NCBI RefSeq assembly: GCF_000143415.4
Contig: NW_003314336.1
Location: forward strand, 423,296-487,295
From: Selaginella moellendorffii
Taxonomy: Eukaryota; Plantae; Lycopodiophyta
DNA length: 64,000 nt
Direction: 5' to 3'
Under the pieces are notes generated by a model that was given only the letters and a program-made list of their open reading frames with translations, was not told where the DNA came from and did no database searches. Below, piece by piece: positions 61,995 to 64,000 of the stretch. The first letter of the stretch is position 1; each line of letters begins with the position of its first letter. The position numbers and the translations under genes were made by a program.

Positions 61995-62088
61995 AAGTCT
62001 CATCACGAAACTTGCTCAGCCTGGTCGAGAAACTAATCTAAAACTCTCTGTATACTACCAGCCAAACCTGTGATTGACCAAGTTTCAC

Positions 62089-62963
62089 CTACTTACAGCT
62101 GAACCCATGGCATATTGCAAGCCATATGACTACGATGACGAAAAGGACAATCGCAAGAACTATGAGCTTCATTTTCATATTCTGCAGCCACATCTTGCGC
62201 CTTAGCTGCCTGCCTTGCCGTTGGAAGTTGTCGGCCTGCAGTTTGCCATCGAAGGTAGCGTTACACTGATTTTCGTTCTTACGTTACAAAGCACTGTACC
62301 TGAAACCGTAGGTTTTCCGTCTTATCAACCAGAAGCTCGATTTTCTCCCCCCTCTCGAGCACCTGGAAAACCAAAGTTGAAGAACCGAATTTCTTTTAGA
62401 AACTCTATAGTGCACCTTTTCAATGTTATCCATCATGATCCCTTTCACTTCGGAAACCTGCTGTTTGATTCTGGCAATCTTGTTCATTTCTTCTGGATGA
62501 TCTGCGCAGTATTCCATGTGTTCTTTGAGCTTGGGCCTAAAACACAAGGTACAGATTGAGCAAGCCATGTAAGAGTTCATGTTACCCAAATTCTCTGTCC
62601 AAACTGTGAGCAACGGCAGTCTCCGCTCTTCCTCCAACATATCTTCGCCTAAAGTCTTCCTTAACCCGTTCAAGAAACGCGAAAGGTACTTGTCTCCCAT
62701 AGTCCTCGTCTGCTACAACCATATAAGCTGCAAAGGAAAAACCCATGAGCTAAAGAAGAATGGAGAAAATGCTACTTACTGAATCCCTCCTCAATCAAGT
62801 AATTGAAAGTATGACGATCGCAAGTATAGGTGAATCTGTTGTTGTTGGCGGGGAGCTTCTGGAGGCACTGGACAGCGATGGTGCTAAAATTTCCAGAGAA
62901 TGCCGTGAACTCCGCCAGAACCACATTGCCTCTCGACACAAAACTGTAGATCAGCCCCGCCAT
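62089..62963 (-). CDS. VAMP72: R-SNARE of the VAMP72 family (longin, SNARE and transmembrane domains), 5 exons
   Basis: [30 protein letters not shown]; [16 protein letters not shown]; [29 protein letters not shown]; [15 protein letters not shown]...CHGFSCK. Confidence 0.95.
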
Positions 62964-63054
62964 GGCGAGAATCCCTGCTTATTCCGACCCGCGATACTCA
63001 CAATTCACAACGCCGAATGTCGAGAACCCTGCTCGCCAGATCTCGCGCCGGCAG

Positions 63055-63305
63055 CCTAGGGTTTTATAGCCGCCTATACCTGGCGATCGAATGATCTAGC
63101 ATTCCAACGCGTCGATCGATGAGGCGCTCGCCCGCCGCCGCTGCTTCGTCTCCCCTCCCCAGGAGATGAAAATGCTCGAAATATAGGGCAGTTGTAAGGC
63201 ACAATTTAAACTTCGAGAATTTGGCGCCGAGAAATCTCGGCCGTCCACGTGGTAATAGCTTGCTAAACCTGATGTTTAGAGATAAACCCTGGTTTAGGGT
63301 TCTAG
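63055..63305. promoter_or_regulatory. Candidate bidirectional promoter with telo-boxes and a G-box
   Basis: TAGGGTTT at about 63057, CACGTG at about 63246, AAACCCT and TTAGGGTT at about 63284-63301, between divergent starts. Confidence 0.45.
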
Positions 63306-63321
63306 GCGAGGGAGAGGAGCA

Positions 63322-63509
63322 ATGGTGAACAAGACGCAGCTCATGCTTGGCACCGCCGGCTGCGTCATCGCGATTGCTGGATTGGCGCTCACAAGAGTAA
63401 GAAATTTCTAGTCGATTTTAGCTGGTTCTAGTCGGGATTTTGCTGATCGCAGACGCCGCCTCCGCCGCCTCCTCCAAAGCCGACGCCAAATGCTGCTACT
63501 CCGGCGTGA
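63322..63509 (+). CDS. Putative 43-aa microprotein (single hydrophobic helix plus poly-proline tail); exons 63322-63396 and 63453-63509
   Basis: MVNKTQLMLGTAGCVIAIAGLALTR|TPPPPPPPKPTPNAATPA*, with a 56-nt GTAAG...CAG intron in phase 0. Confidence 0.55.
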
Positions 63510-64000
63510 TATTTCGATCAGGTACGCTCGATTCTTCGCATCAATCTTCTCGCGCTTGTGTTGCTTGAATTTTTATATTCGTTTGAGGCTCCTTTTGTGC
63601 CTAGGCTTGGATTATTTTGCAAGTTAGCAAGAGATTCTTCTTTTTTCCCCTCTTTTCATAGCTTAGTGGTGTTTGAGTTTTGTTTGTGATGGAGCGATTA
63701 GTTTTTGCCTTGTAAGTGTTTTCTTCTTTTTCTTTTTCCTGGGCTTGTACTCTCAGGTGTGTATTTTATGGATTCGTGTAGGTTGTGCTGTTTTTTATGT
63801 GTCTTGCTTCAGGTAGATGCTTGATTTGCAAGTTAGCGAGAGATCCTTTTTTCCCCTCTTTTCTTAGCTCGTTTGATTTTTGTTCGTGATGGATCGTGAT
63901 GGAGTTACTAGTTCTTGCCTTGCCTGCACAGATATGCCTCTCGTTTGGTAAGTTTTTTTTTTTTATATATTTCTGGGTTTGTACACTCAGGTGTGTATGG

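Noticed and set aside
60102-62006. Long antisense and alternative-frame ORFs over the PPR gene (likewise over ATG11, CML, UPS, the dioxygenase and the CR genes)
   Set aside because: These are expected shadows of GC-rich coding sequence, with no motifs or independent splice/start support.

Overview
This is eukaryotic plant nuclear DNA, most likely a Selaginella-type lycophyte (an inference from compact GC-rich genes, introns of about 50-75 nt and a PLS-class PPR gene). Ordinary housekeeping genes lie at the two ends. Left: ATG11, a CML21-like EF-hand protein, a ureide permease and a 2OG-Fe(II) dioxygenase. Right: a PPR-E gene, VAMP72 and a 43-aa microprotein candidate. Between them is about 48 kb of rearranged accessory DNA with three notable components. 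(1) A cluster of Crinkler/RHS-type genes encoding a P-loop NTPase plus a restriction-endonuclease-fold domain: one intact, one frameshifted, one pseudogene and two fragments. Two copies share apparent gene-conversion tracts, and an unidentified co-duplicated module lies beside several copies. (2) Two intact, intronless, very AT-rich genes for a secreted protein with an unknown domain plus a bulb-type lectin domain, and a relic of a third. (3) A deep stack of nested LTR retroelements. These include three Cassandra TRIM insertions with 5S-rRNA-derived LTRs, a 7.7-kb apparently non-coding LTR element inserted antisense into an older relative, and a near-intact Ty3/gypsy element with a -1 frameshift signal. 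A TruA-family pseudouridine synthase gene sits inside the cluster. All assignments come from motif reading and by-eye alignment; no database searches were run.
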